From assembly GCA_963614095.1 (NCBI GenBank), contig CAVECM010000013.1:10753-74752 (forward strand): a stretch of DNA of 64,000 nucleotides, written 5' to 3'. Origin of the DNA: Bacteroidaceae bacterium (lineage in GTDB: Bacteria; Bacillota; Clostridia; Peptostreptococcales; Anaerovoracaceae). A program made the translations under genes and the position numbers. Under the pieces are notes generated by a model that saw only the letters and a program-made list of their open reading frames with translations, did no database searches and was not told the DNA's origin. Of this stretch, positions 1-9,681 are shown piece by piece (the first letter of the stretch is position 1; every line of letters starts with the position of its first letter).

Positions 1-459
1 GTAACCGCGATAGAGACAAAAGGGCATACCGACTGCTCCATGAGCTATTTCTTCGAGCCGTGCAGACTGCTCTTTACAAGTGAAAGCACCGGACTTATGG
101 AAAACACGGTTCATGTGCATACACCGATACTCAAAAGCTACAGCGACGCGATGACTTCCCTGAAAAAATGCAAGTCATGCAATGCCGAATATCTGTCTCT
201 GCCGCATTTCGGGATGCTGCCTGAGGATTTCAGCAGCAGATACTGGCAGATGTTCGAGGAAGAATGCCGCAGCAAGCTGGAATATGTGCGCGGCATGAAG
301 AACGAGGGGCTGACCGAAAAAGAGATGCTTGACAGATATGTCGAAAAATACTGGGAGCCTGTAATGGCCCAGATACAGCCGATTGAAGCCTTTAAAATAA
401 ATTCCGGAGCCGTGATCAAAGCACTGCTGCGTGAACTGCAGACAGAACAGCAGCTCTGA
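1..459 (+). CDS. MBL-fold metallo-hydrolase, 5' end cut by window edge
   Basis: Frame is open from base 1 (VTAIETKGHTDCSMSYF...LLFTSES...SLPHFG); GHT motif and the later H match the C-terminal MBL-fold motifs. Confidence 0.7.
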   Translation, partial: VTAIETKGHTDCSMSYFFEPCRLLFTSESTGLMENTVHVHTPILKSYSDAMTSLKKCKSCNAEYLSLPHFGMLPEDFSSRYWQMFEEECRSKLEYVRGMKNEGLTEKEMLDRYVEKYWEPVMAQIQPIEAFKINSGAVIKALLRELQTEQQL

Positions 460-538
460 AGTCATGCAGGACAGCATTCCTGAAGCAGGGCAGGATAACA
501 CCTCTGAAACAAAATAAAACAACATCTTTGAAATTAAA

Positions 539-572
539 CGGGGAGAGCAGTTCTGAAATTCTGCTCTCCCCG
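539..572. terminator. 12-bp GC-rich hairpin between convergent genes, likely terminator
   Basis: CGGGGAGAGCAG-ttctgaaatt-CTGCTCTCCCCG. Confidence 0.65.
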
Positions 573-619
573 CAGCGCCTGTGTGCGGTTTATATTTCCG
601 TGAGATTATTATTCTGCTG

Positions 620-1297
620 TTATTCCGTACGATTGTTATACTGAACATACGTGTTGACGAAACCGTATTTTTCGGATGATGTTTCCCCTATGGTCTCAAA
701 ACCCAGGCTGTGATAGAATTTTATATCATCCGCAGTATTTGTGAACAGCACAATGGGGCGTCCGACCTTGTCCGCGAATCTGCATACCTGCTCCATGATT
801 CTGTGACCGCGGCCCTGATGCTGATACGCCTTTTCCATGCCGAGAAAATCCGCATAGATGTACTTCTCCGGAAATTCCATGTTTCTTTCCAGATATTCAA
901 GCTCATCAAAAAGTGCCTCGCGCAGCTTCCTGTCCTCCGGAGAAAGCTTGCTGAGCACGCGTCTGTATTCTCTGCCATAGCTTCCGGCAGCGAGATATTT
1001 AAGGAACGAAGGCTCCATTTTTTCTGAGTAAAGCAGCACAATCGCCTCATGAATATTCTCATCCAGGCTGAAGCCCGCACCGTATGTCAGATCGTATGAT
1101 GTGTAAAACCGCAGAGTGGCTTCCAGCGCAAGGAGCCTTTTTCTCTTCTCCGGGAATATCTTAAGCATTTTGGGATATTCATCGAACGCATCGAGAAAAG
1201 TAAGAATAAGCTTTTCTCTGTCCTTCCTTTTCAGTCTGTAAAGCCCCGGTATATCGATTTTTTCGCTGCTTACGGATTTGTCATTTGTTTTTTTCAT
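620..1297 (-). CDS. GNAT family N-acetyltransferase
   Basis: YADFLGMEKAYQHQGRGHRIM acetyl-CoA motif A and FYHSLGF; start set at MKKTND after GGAG. Confidence 0.8.
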   Translation of the reverse strand: MKKTNDKSVSSEKIDIPGLYRLKRKDREKLILTFLDAFDEYPKMLKIFPEKRKRLLALEATLRFYTSYDLTYGAGFSLDENIHEAIVLLYSEKMEPSFLKYLAAGSYGREYRRVLSKLSPEDRKLREALFDELEYLERNMEFPEKYIYADFLGMEKAYQHQGRGHRIMEQVCRFADKVGRPIVLFTNTADDIKFYHSLGFETIGETSSEKYGFVNTYVQYNNRTE

Positions 1298-1380
1298 GTT
1301 GTACTCTCCATAATTATGCATGATTTGTCTGAAATTTCCTAAAACATATTATATCACTGCATCGGCGCGGCTTCAACAGC

Positions 1381-1409
1381 TTGCATGAAAATGAAAATCC
1401 TGTTAGAAT
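1381..1409 (+). promoter_or_regulatory. sigma-A-like promoter upstream of nadE
   Basis: TTGCAT-17bp-TAGAAT. Confidence 0.5.
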
Positions 1410-1535
1410 ATTGATTAAAGTGTTTCAGCCATTAAACATTCTGCACCGGCAGGCTATGTGCTGCGGATAATGCCGCACAGTATACTGAAATAAGGAAGTG
1501 TGCAGAAAATAACAGATAGATAAGAGGTGATACTT

Positions 1536-2276
1536 ATGTTTAATGCGGAAAAATCCAAGAATGATATTGTAAAGTGGATCAGAGACTGGTTCGAGGAAAA
1601 CGGTAAGGGCTGCAAGGCTGTTGTCGGTCTTTCGGGCGGAAAGGACAGCTCGGTTGTCGCAGCTCTGTGTGTCGAGGCCCTCGGAAAAGACAGGGTTCTC
1701 GGTGTAATGATGCCTAACGGCGAACAGTTTGACATAGATGTTTCACATAAGCTCGTTGAACATCTCGGTATAGAAGGTATCGTAGTTAATATAAAAGACG
1801 CATATGAAGGAATGGTGGGAGAGATGCTGAAGCATTTTGACTCATTTGACGGCCAGGCAAAGGTAAACCTTCCTCCGAGACTTCGAATGGCTGCACTTTA
1901 TGCGGTATCACAGAGTGTAAACGGCAGAGTGGCAAATACGTGCAATCTTTCTGAGGACTGGGTAGGATACAATACAAAATACGGTGACGGTGCCGGAGAC
2001 TTCAGTCCGCTGTCGCATTTCACAGTGCAGGAAGTCAAGGCAATCGGAAGAGCTGCCGGACTCCCGGATCTTTTTGTGGAAAAAGTGCCTATCGACGGTC
2101 TGTGCGGACTTACGGATGAAGATAACCTGGGCTTTACATATGCAGTGCTCGATAAATATATAAGAGAGGGCGTATGCGAGGATGCCGAGACAAAAGCCAA
2201 GATTGACGGCATGCATGCAAGGAATCTTTTCAAGCTGCAGCCGATGCCGACATTTGAATACGAACCCGAGAAATAA
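1536..2276 (+). CDS. nadE: NH3-dependent NAD+ synthetase
   Basis: VVGLSGGKDSS, N..PRLRM, GYNTKYGDG, DEDNLGFTY motifs; no glutaminase domain; RBS GAGGTG. Confidence 0.93.
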   Translation: MFNAEKSKNDIVKWIRDWFEENGKGCKAVVGLSGGKDSSVVAALCVEALGKDRVLGVMMPNGEQFDIDVSHKLVEHLGIEGIVVNIKDAYEGMVGEMLKHFDSFDGQAKVNLPPRLRMAALYAVSQSVNGRVANTCNLSEDWVGYNTKYGDGAGDFSPLSHFTVQEVKAIGRAAGLPDLFVEKVPIDGLCGLTDEDNLGFTYAVLDKYIREGVCEDAETKAKIDGMHARNLFKLQPMPTFEYEPEK

Positions 2277-2353
2277 ACGGGATGATATAATTATGCGCGG
2301 CGTATAGACATATACGGTGCAGACAGACAATTTACATACAGATTACAGAAGAC

Positions 2354-2386
2354 AAGAGCTTTCCTGAAAACGGGGGGCTCTTTTTT
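2354..2386 (+). terminator. Intrinsic terminator after nadE
   Basis: AAGAGCTTTCC-tgaaaac-GGGGGGCTC followed by T7. Confidence 0.75.
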
Positions 2387-2568
2387 ATATGCGCCTGGCG
2401 GCGCCCGTTTCATTTTCTGCACTGTGATTCCTGCGCTGCAGTTCTTCTTCTGCCGGCTGAAATTCTGCGGATTTCACCGTTGTCCGGGCTCTCAGTATTG
2501 CCTGAAGCTACCGGTATTGAATCCGCCGCGGTTCTTATGTGAACAGTCATTTCCGGAATGTTAAACGT

Positions 2569-2623
2569 TTTACACAGATTTAACCTTTATAAGATTTTGT
2601 ATTTAACATTTGCTCCTTATAAT
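2569..2623 (+). promoter_or_regulatory. Putative Pho box and -10 element of the pst operon
   Basis: TTTACA (2569) and TTAACC (2580, 11-bp spacing), TTAACA (2603), then TATAAT (2618-2623); resembles PhoP TT(A/T)ACA direct repeats. Confidence 0.6.
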
Positions 2624-2701
2624 ACAAAACATACGAAAGAGAAAAAAACAAATCAGATCAGAAAAACAAAAGATCAAAAGAAACAAAGGAGATGTAAAAA
2701 A

Positions 2702-3580
2702 ATGAAAAAGAGCAGATTAGCAAAGGTTCTTACATTAAGTCTGGCGGCAGTGATGATGTTCTCACTGGCAAGCTGCGGAAGCGGAAGCAGCAGCAGCGAC
2801 AGCGACACAAGCGACAAGGACATCACAGTAATTTCCAGAGAGGAAGGCTCCGGTACAAGAGATGCTTTCACCGAGCTGACAGGAATTCTTCAGGATGACG
2901 TTGACAGAACAGTAGATACTGCTGAGATTTCAAACAGCACTTCAGTTGTTACTCAGTCTGTAGCAGGAAATGATGCAGCGATCGGATATATTTCACTGGG
3001 TTCCCTGGACGATACAGTAAAGGCAGTAAAGGTTGACGGCGTTGAAGCAAGCGTTGACAATGTAAAGAGCGGCGACTACAAGCTTCAGAGACCTTTCAAC
3101 ATCGTAACAAAGGGCGAAGTCGGAGAGCTTCCTCAGGATTTCATCAACTTCATCATGAGCTCAGACGGACAGTCAATCATTGAAGAAGAAGGTTACATCG
3201 CAGCCAACGAAAATGCAGAAGAATACAAGGCAAGCGGTCTTGAAGGAACTATCACTCTCGCAGGTTCAACTTCAGTTTCACCGGTAATGGAAGTACTTGC
3301 TGACAAATACAAGGAACTCAACAGCGGCGTAACTATTGAAATCCAGCAGACAGGTTCAGGCGCAGGAATCCAGAGCACAATCGAAGGCGTATGTGACATA
3401 GGTATGGCTTCAAGAGCACTCGAGGATGAAGAAGCTTCAGAAGGACTTACAAGCCAGGAAATCGCACTTGACGGAATAGCAGTTATCGTAAACACTGAAA
3501 ACTCAGTTGAAGATCTGAGCACAGAACAGATAATGAACATATTCATCGGCGAAATCACAAACTGGGCTGACGTAAAATAA
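2702..3580 (+). CDS. pstS: Phosphate ABC transporter substrate-binding lipoprotein
   Basis: Lipobox LASC; SREEGSGTR, AGSTSV, GSGAGI, IALDGIAVIVN motifs; first gene of the pst operon. Confidence 0.93.
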   Translation: MKKSRLAKVLTLSLAAVMMFSLASCGSGSSSSDSDTSDKDITVISREEGSGTRDAFTELTGILQDDVDRTVDTAEISNSTSVVTQSVAGNDAAIGYISLGSLDDTVKAVKVDGVEASVDNVKSGDYKLQRPFNIVTKGEVGELPQDFINFIMSSDGQSIIEEEGYIAANENAEEYKASGLEGTITLAGSTSVSPVMEVLADKYKELNSGVTIEIQQTGSGAGIQSTIEGVCDIGMASRALEDEEASEGLTSQEIALDGIAVIVNTENSVEDLSTEQIMNIFIGEITNWADVK

Positions 3581-3596
3581 TTAAGATTTCTTACAG

Positions 3597-3633
3597 AATC
3601 GACCGATTGAGCTGAAAATGCGAATCGGTCGAT
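3597..3633 (+). other. Intercistronic stem-loop after pstS (mRNA stabiliser or partial terminator)
   Basis: AATCGACCGATT...AATCGGTCGATT perfect 12-bp arms. Confidence 0.55.
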
Positions 3634-3766
3634 TTGATTAAATCAGAGACCTCGGTAAAATCGGGAATCCTGAAACACCGGACCGGCTCCGGTCTCGGCA
3701 GAACCGAAACTGATTCTGATTTAAAAACAGATTACTCAAATCAAGAAAGAATAACAGGTACAGAAA

Positions 3767-4615
3767 ATGCGAAAATACAGCGAAAACATCATGAAGATAG
3801 TCTTTCTGGCAGCGGCATGTGTTTCCATACTTGCGGTAATCCTCATATGTGTATTCTTGTTCGCAAGCGGCGTACCGGCTATAAAGGAAATCGGGGTATC
3901 CGATTTCCTTCTTGGCGATTCATGGAAGCCGAATCAGGACCTTTACGGAGTGTTCCCTATGATAATAGGCAGCATCTACGTAACGGTGGGCGCAATCATC
4001 ATAGGTGTGCCGATCGGTCTTCTCTGCGCCGTATTCATGGCAAGATACTGTCCGCCGAAGCTTTACAGGATACTCAAGCCGGCGGTGGATCTTCTCGCAG
4101 GAATACCATCGATAGTTTACGGCTTCTTCGGACTTATGGTAATAGTGCCGATAGTTCAGAACACACTCGGGGGCAGCGGCAAATCACTGATTACGGCTTC
4201 AGTACTTCTGGGCATAATGATACTTCCGACTATAATAAGTGTATCGGAATCAAATATCAGAGCGGTACCGGAGCAGTATTACGAGGGTTCACTCGCACTG
4301 GGCGCGACAAAAGAAAGAAGCATATTCCGCGCAGTTCTTCCGGCAGCGAAAATGGGCATTATGGCCGGTATCATACTCGGCATAGGAAGAGCTATCGGAG
4401 AAACAATGGCAGTAGTAATGGTATGCGGCAACCAGGCCATCATGCCGGAGGGTCTCACGCAGGGCGTAAGAACCCTTACAGCAAATATAGTGCTCGAGAT
4501 GGGATACGCATCAGGTCTTCACAGAGAAGCACTGATTGCAACGGCGGTAGTGCTGTTTGTATTCATACTGATCATAAACCTCTCGTTTATGGCACTTAAA
4601 AGGAGGGCCGACTGA
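3767..4615 (+). CDS. pstC: Phosphate ABC transporter permease PstC
   Basis: [20 protein letters not shown] motifs; multiple TM helices. Confidence 0.93.
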   Translation: MRKYSENIMKIVFLAAACVSILAVILICVFLFASGVPAIKEIGVSDFLLGDSWKPNQDLYGVFPMIIGSIYVTVGAIIIGVPIGLLCAVFMARYCPPKLYRILKPAVDLLAGIPSIVYGFFGLMVIVPIVQNTLGGSGKSLITASVLLGIMILPTIISVSESNIRAVPEQYYEGSLALGATKERSIFRAVLPAAKMGIMAGIILGIGRAIGETMAVVMVCGNQAIMPEGLTQGVRTLTANIVLEMGYASGLHREALIATAVVLFVFILIINLSFMALKRRAD

Positions 4616-5598
4616 TGGAAAACAGCAGCAGCTATAAAAAGACAAACAGCAGCTTTGCAGAAAACGGCAGTTTTGCACAAAACAGCGGCCGTGCGGCAAA
4701 CGGAGGCAGTCGGAACGGAAACACCGGCGGCACAGAAAAAAAAGGCGGCAGCTATATGGAGCAGTTCTGGCTCACATACAAAAGCAAGCCCGGCTCACTG
4801 ATTGTGAGAATTCTGGTGCTTCTTTCCGCGGTTATTACGACAGCAGTGCTTTTTGCTCTGATAATATACATACTGGCAAAGGGCGTGGTTAATCTTAAAC
4901 CGGAACTGTTCGCATGGGAATACAATACAGACAACATGTCCATGATGCCGGCGATAATAAGCACGATATATATCACAGTGCTGACGCTTCTGATGGCGGT
5001 GCCGACAGGTATCTTTTCGGCAATTTATCTGGTCGAATATGCAAAGCGCGGCAGTAAGCTCGTCAAGGTAATCAGGACTACCACAGAAACACTTCAGGGA
5101 ATCCCGTCAATAGTATACGGTCTGTTCGGATATATACTGTTCGTAATTACCCTCGGCTGGAGCTATTCACTGCTGGCAGGTGCGGTGACACTGGCGATAA
5201 TGATTCTGCCGCTGATAATCAGAACAACAGAAGAAGCGCTGATATCAGTTCCGGATTCCTACAGAGAAGGAAGCTTCGGTCTCGGAGCAGGAAAGCTCAG
5301 AACGGTATTCAGGATAATACTTCCGAGTGCTGTGCCGGGAATCCTTGCCGGCGTTATACTGGCAATAGGAAGAATCGTGGGAGAAAGTGCTGCGCTGATA
5401 TTTACAGCGGGAACCGTGGCACAGGTTCCGGGAAGCCTTTTCGACTCGGCAAGAACACTTTCGGTTCACATGTATGCACTGCTTTCCGAAGGGCTTTACA
5501 CGAATGAGGCATATGCTACGGCAGTAGTTCTGCTGGTATTAGTAATAATCATCAATGCGGTTTCAAGCTTTATAGCAAAGAAGCTGGCGACGAGGTAA
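4615..5598 (+). CDS. pstA: Phosphate ABC transporter permease PstA (low-complexity N-terminal extension; alternative start 4756)
   Basis: [23 protein letters not shown] motifs; TGATG coupling with pstC. Confidence 0.92.
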   Translation: MENSSSYKKTNSSFAENGSFAQNSGRAANGGSRNGNTGGTEKKGGSYMEQFWLTYKSKPGSLIVRILVLLSAVITTAVLFALIIYILAKGVVNLKPELFAWEYNTDNMSMMPAIISTIYITVLTLLMAVPTGIFSAIYLVEYAKRGSKLVKVIRTTTETLQGIPSIVYGLFGYILFVITLGWSYSLLAGAVTLAIMILPLIIRTTEEALISVPDSYREGSFGLGAGKLRTVFRIILPSAVPGILAGVILAIGRIVGESAALIFTAGTVAQVPGSLFDSARTLSVHMYALLSEGLYTNEAYATAVVLLVLVIIINAVSSFIAKKLATR

Positions 5599-5602
5599 CA
5601 AT

Positions 5603-6352
5603 ATGGATAAATACACAATAGAGAATCTGGAGCTTTTTTACGGTGATTTTAAAGCTCTCAAGAATATAAACCTTCATATACAGGAAAAAGAAATCACGGC
5701 ATTTATCGGACCGTCGGGCTGCGGCAAGTCCACACTTCTCAAGACACTGAACCGCATGAATGACCTGGTGGCAGGATGCAGAATCACAGGATCTGTCAGA
5801 CTTGACAATGAGGATATCTACGGAAAGATGGATGTGAACAAGCTCAGAAAAAGAGTCGGGATGGTTTTCCAGAAGCCGAATCCTTTCCCGATGAGCATTT
5901 TTGACAATATAGCATACGGTCCGAGAACACACGGCATCCATTCAAAGTCAAAGCTGAACGAAATTGTCGAAAAATCACTGAAGGATGTTGCTATATGGGA
6001 TGAGGTGAAAGACAGACTGAACAAAAGCGCGCTCGGACTTTCCGGCGGTCAGCAGCAGCGTCTGTGCATAGCCAGAGCTCTGGCTGTTGAGCCTGAGGTT
6101 ATCCTCATGGACGAGCCGACATCCGCACTCGACCCGATATCCACATCCAAGATAGAGGATCTGGCTGTGGAGCTCAAGGAAAAATACACTATAATCATGG
6201 TTACTCACAATATGCAGCAGGCTGCAAGAATATCCGACAAAACCGCATTCTTCCTGCTGGGCGACATGGTTGAATTCAATGATACAGAAAAACTGTTCTC
6301 AATGCCTGAGGACAAACGTACAGAAGATTACATTACAGGGAGGTTTGGCTGA
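5603..6352 (+). CDS. pstB: Phosphate ABC transporter ATP-binding protein
   Basis: [44 protein letters not shown]. Confidence 0.96.
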   Translation: MDKYTIENLELFYGDFKALKNINLHIQEKEITAFIGPSGCGKSTLLKTLNRMNDLVAGCRITGSVRLDNEDIYGKMDVNKLRKRVGMVFQKPNPFPMSIFDNIAYGPRTHGIHSKSKLNEIVEKSLKDVAIWDEVKDRLNKSALGLSGGQQQRLCIARALAVEPEVILMDEPTSALDPISTSKIEDLAVELKEKYTIIMVTHNMQQAARISDKTAFFLLGDMVEFNDTEKLFSMPEDKRTEDYITGRFG

Positions 6353-7062
6353 TGCGTGTTAAATTTGATGAACAGCTGGAAAGGCTCAACGTCATGCTGA
6401 TAGATATGGGAGCACTCTGCGAAGAGGCGATAACATATGCAGTCAAGGCGCTTGAAACCGGCAGCGACGAGATGAGAAAGAAAACCTTCAGCACTGACGA
6501 GGTTATCGATGACAGAGAACGCGAAATTGAAAGTGTTTGTCTGAAGCTTCTCCTGCAGCAGCAGCCTGTGGCAAAGGATCTGAGAACCATATCATCAGCA
6601 TTGAAAATGATTTCAGATATGGAACGTATCGGAGATCAGGCTTATGATATAGCAGAAATAACCAGAACCATGGACCCTGCGGCAGATTCCGAAAAAAACG
6701 GCTTCTGTCACGACCATATAAAGGATATGGCGCAGACTGCGATACAAATGGTTACCGAAAGCATCGATTCATTCGTAAAAAAAGACATCAGCATCGCAAA
6801 AGATGTTATAATCAGAGATGACGAGGTGGACGATTTATTTATTCACGTAAAAAATGACCTGATAAATGCTGTTACTGAAGATCGTTCACACGGTGAATAC
6901 CTGTTCGATATTCTGATGATTGCCAAGTACCTTGAGAGGATAAGCGATCATGCCGTAAATATCGCGGAATGGGTAATATTCTCCATAACCGGTAAACATG
7001 TCGGCGACAATGCCGAGGTGTATTCCGGCGACAGTGAACAGCAGGAAAAGGAAACGATATGA
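6352..7062 (+). CDS. phoU: Phosphate signalling complex protein PhoU
   Basis: QQPVAKDLR, DMERIGD, YLERISDHAVNIAEW. Confidence 0.94.
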   Translation: MRVKFDEQLERLNVMLIDMGALCEEAITYAVKALETGSDEMRKKTFSTDEVIDDREREIESVCLKLLLQQQPVAKDLRTISSALKMISDMERIGDQAYDIAEITRTMDPAADSEKNGFCHDHIKDMAQTAIQMVTESIDSFVKKDISIAKDVIIRDDEVDDLFIHVKNDLINAVTEDRSHGEYLFDILMIAKYLERISDHAVNIAEWVIFSITGKHVGDNAEVYSGDSEQQEKETI

Positions 7063-7736
7063 TATATTTTCTTGAAGATGACAACAATATAAGAAACTTT
7101 GTCATTTACGCACTCAAAAATACGGGGCTGGATGCAGAGGGCTTCGATCACCCGGAGAAATTCTGGGAGGCTATGAAGAAACATCATCCGGATCTTCTGC
7201 TCCTCGACATAATGCTGCCGGGGGAAGACGGAATTTCCATCCTCAAAAAAATTAGAGCGAACAGTGCCACAAAGGATATGCCTGTCATAATGCTGACAGC
7301 AAAGGGCACCGAATACGACAAGGTGCTCGGTCTTGACAGCGGCGCGGATGATTATGTCGCCAAGCCGTTCGGAACGATGGAGCTGGTCTCCAGAGTAAAG
7401 GCGCTTCTCAGGCGTACCGGCAGAAACAACGACCCTGTGGAATATGTAAAGGGGAGCCTTTACCTCTGCCCGTCAAAGCATCTTGTGAAGGTTGACGGCA
7501 GCGAGGTGACTCTTACGTTCAAGGAGTTCGAGCTGCTGTGCCTCATGTTTCAGAATGAGGGCATTGTACTCACCAGAGATGAGATACTTTCGAAGATATG
7601 GGGATATGAATTTGACGGTGAAAACCGCACTGTCGATGTACATATCAGAACGCTCCGTTCCAAACTGGGCAAGGCCGGAAGCCTTATAAAGACTGTCCGC
7701 GGTCTGGGATACAAGATAGGAGGAAGCGATGACTAA
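7059..7736 (+). CDS. phoP: OmpR-family response regulator (PhoP/PhoB)
   Basis: Receiver LLDIMLP, GADDYVAKPF; winged helix RTVDVHIRTLRSKL; located in pst operon. Confidence 0.85.
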   Translation: MIYFLEDDNNIRNFVIYALKNTGLDAEGFDHPEKFWEAMKKHHPDLLLLDIMLPGEDGISILKKIRANSATKDMPVIMLTAKGTEYDKVLGLDSGADDYVAKPFGTMELVSRVKALLRRTGRNNDPVEYVKGSLYLCPSKHLVKVDGSEVTLTFKEFELLCLMFQNEGIVLTRDEILSKIWGYEFDGENRTVDVHIRTLRSKLGKAGSLIKTVRGLGYKIGGSDD

Positions 7737-9381
7737 AAAAATATTCAGAAGCATCCTGGCAGTATCTGCGGCGGTGCTTTTAGTCTGCGTTTTATGCGTG
7801 TCATGCGTGCTGCACGGATATTTCGGCAAAATCATAGAAAGCGAGCTGAAGGAAGAAGGAACCGTCATCGCACAGATTGCGGAGGACGACATTTCCGAGC
7901 TTTACAATATAAGAAATGTCAGCAACAGAATAACACTTGTCGACCCCGACGGAAATGTCCTGTTTGATTCCTACAAGGACGTCTCAAAAATGGACAATCA
8001 CGCCGACAGAGAGGAAATCGCCGAAGCGGCAGAAAAGGGCGAGGCCTTTGCAGTAAGATACTCGGATACACTCTCGACAAAAACAATATATTTTGCAAAA
8101 CAGCTGGATAACGGCAGCATCGTCAGAGTTGCTCAGCAGCAGAGCATGGTAGGCATGCTTCTCAAGGGAACAGTGGCGCCGTTTGTCATCATGCTTATTG
8201 CGGTGATAATACTGGTATATATCATTTCAAAGCGCGCTGCACGATGGATTACCAATCCTATAAATGAACTGAATCCCGAGGATTCGGATGCGGAGGAGCC
8301 TTATCCTGAGCTGGCGCCGCTTGTGACGAAAATCAGGGAACAGAACAGGCGCATCGATATGCAGATGGAGGCGATGAAGAGAAGACAGAAGGAATTCATG
8401 GCGATAACCGAAAACATGAGTGAGGGATTCCTGCTTATCGATACGAAGATGGAAATTCTGTCCTACAATACTGCAGCTGTAAATCTGCTGGGCGGCAGTG
8501 ACACCGGGGAACCTCACTCCGCATTTGAGCTCAACAGAAACCGCGGATTCAGAACAGCCGCCGAGGATGCCCTTGCCGGAAAACACAGCCAGCAGCCGCT
8601 CGAGCTCAAGAACAGATTTTACAACATTCTGGCAAACCCTGTCACAGAAAAGGGCCGTGTTGTCGGAGCCGTGATAATAATAATGGACGTTACCGAAAAG
8701 GAACAGCGCGAGAAGCTGCGCCGCGAGTTCACATCTAATGTTTCGCATGAGCTTAAAACTCCGCTGACAACTATATACGGGGTCTCCGATATGATGGCGG
8801 AGGGAATTGTAAAGCAGGCTGACGTGAAGTCGTTCGGCAAGACCATCAAGGATGAATCGAGCCGCATGATCACGCTGATAGATGATATTATCAAGCTTTC
8901 GAAGCTTGATGAGAATTCACTTCCGGATGAATTTTCCGAAGTGGATCTCATGGAATGTGCCAAGGATGTTGTCGAGAGACTCTCCATCAAGGCAGAAGAG
9001 AAGGGCGTGAATATGTATGTTGACGGCAGTCATGCGAAAATCAGCGGAATACCGTCGCTATGCACCGAGGTTATCTTCAATCTCTGCGACAATGCGATAA
9101 AATACAACAAAGAAAACGGTTCTGTCATTGTAAAAATCGCGGATCTGAGGGAGGGCGCAGAGCTCACCGTGGAGGATACCGGCATCGGCATACCGTTCGA
9201 GTCCAGAGACAGGATTTTCGAGAGATTCTTCAGAGTGGATGAGAGTCACAACCAGCAGGTTGACGGAACCGGTCTGGGACTGTCGATTGTAAAGCATGCC
9301 GTTGCACAGATGGGCGGCACGATTGAAGTGGAAAGCGCCGAGGGCATCGGAACGAAGATGATTGTCAGATTCGGACGCTGA
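7729..9381 (+). CDS. phoR: Sensor histidine kinase (PhoR-like) with PAS domain
   Basis: Two TM segments, H-box VSHELKTPL, NLCDNAIKY, DTGIGI, GTGLGLSIVK. Confidence 0.85.
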   Translation: MTKKIFRSILAVSAAVLLVCVLCVSCVLHGYFGKIIESELKEEGTVIAQIAEDDISELYNIRNVSNRITLVDPDGNVLFDSYKDVSKMDNHADREEIAEAAEKGEAFAVRYSDTLSTKTIYFAKQLDNGSIVRVAQQQSMVGMLLKGTVAPFVIMLIAVIILVYIISKRAARWITNPINELNPEDSDAEEPYPELAPLVTKIREQNRRIDMQMEAMKRRQKEFMAITENMSEGFLLIDTKMEILSYNTAAVNLLGGSDTGEPHSAFELNRNRGFRTAAEDALAGKHSQQPLELKNRFYNILANPVTEKGRVVGAVIIIMDVTEKEQREKLRREFTSNVSHELKTPLTTIYGVSDMMAEGIVKQADVKSFGKTIKDESSRMITLIDDIIKLSKLDENSLPDEFSEVDLMECAKDVVERLSIKAEEKGVNMYVDGSHAKISGIPSLCTEVIFNLCDNAIKYNKENGSVIVKIADLREGAELTVEDTGIGIPFESRDRIFERFFRVDESHNQQVDGTGLGLSIVKHAVAQMGGTIEVESAEGIGTKMIVRFGR

Positions 9382-9586
9382 TTGTTAGATTCCGGCTCAC
9401 GGATTCGGGTGACGGCATTAAAACCGGATTACGCGGTTCAGACAGTGACCTGCCGGACCCGCCGCCGGCTCAATAGTCCGGAAATAAAATACCGGGTTCA
9501 GAACTGAATATCAGGTTTGGGATTAAGATATTATTTGTTTACTTTTGATCTGATTAATATACGTTAAGCGAAAGATACCGCACGAA

Positions 9587-9627
9587 AAAAGATACCGCAT
9601 CAGGTACTTGACTGTGCGGTATCTTTT
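9587..9627. terminator. Bidirectional terminator between phoR and fabF
   Basis: AAAAGATACCGCA...TGCGGTATCTTTT; the left arm is duplicated at 9571-9582. Confidence 0.75.
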
Positions 9628-9681
9628 GTTTATGTCATTTTTATACGATTTACAGCATACGATCTGCAGCCTGTAAGGCTT

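Noticed and set aside
2283..2386. Independent small RNA after nadE (TGATATAAT, hairpin, terminator)
   Set aside because: No -35 element, and it is adequately explained as the nadE 3'UTR.
3634..4599. 321-aa alternative-frame ORF over pstC, and other long shadow ORFs such as 30905-31735, 49390-50175 and 50656-51507
   Set aside because: They overlap well-supported genes, have atypical composition and no motifs; such ORFs are expected from codon bias.
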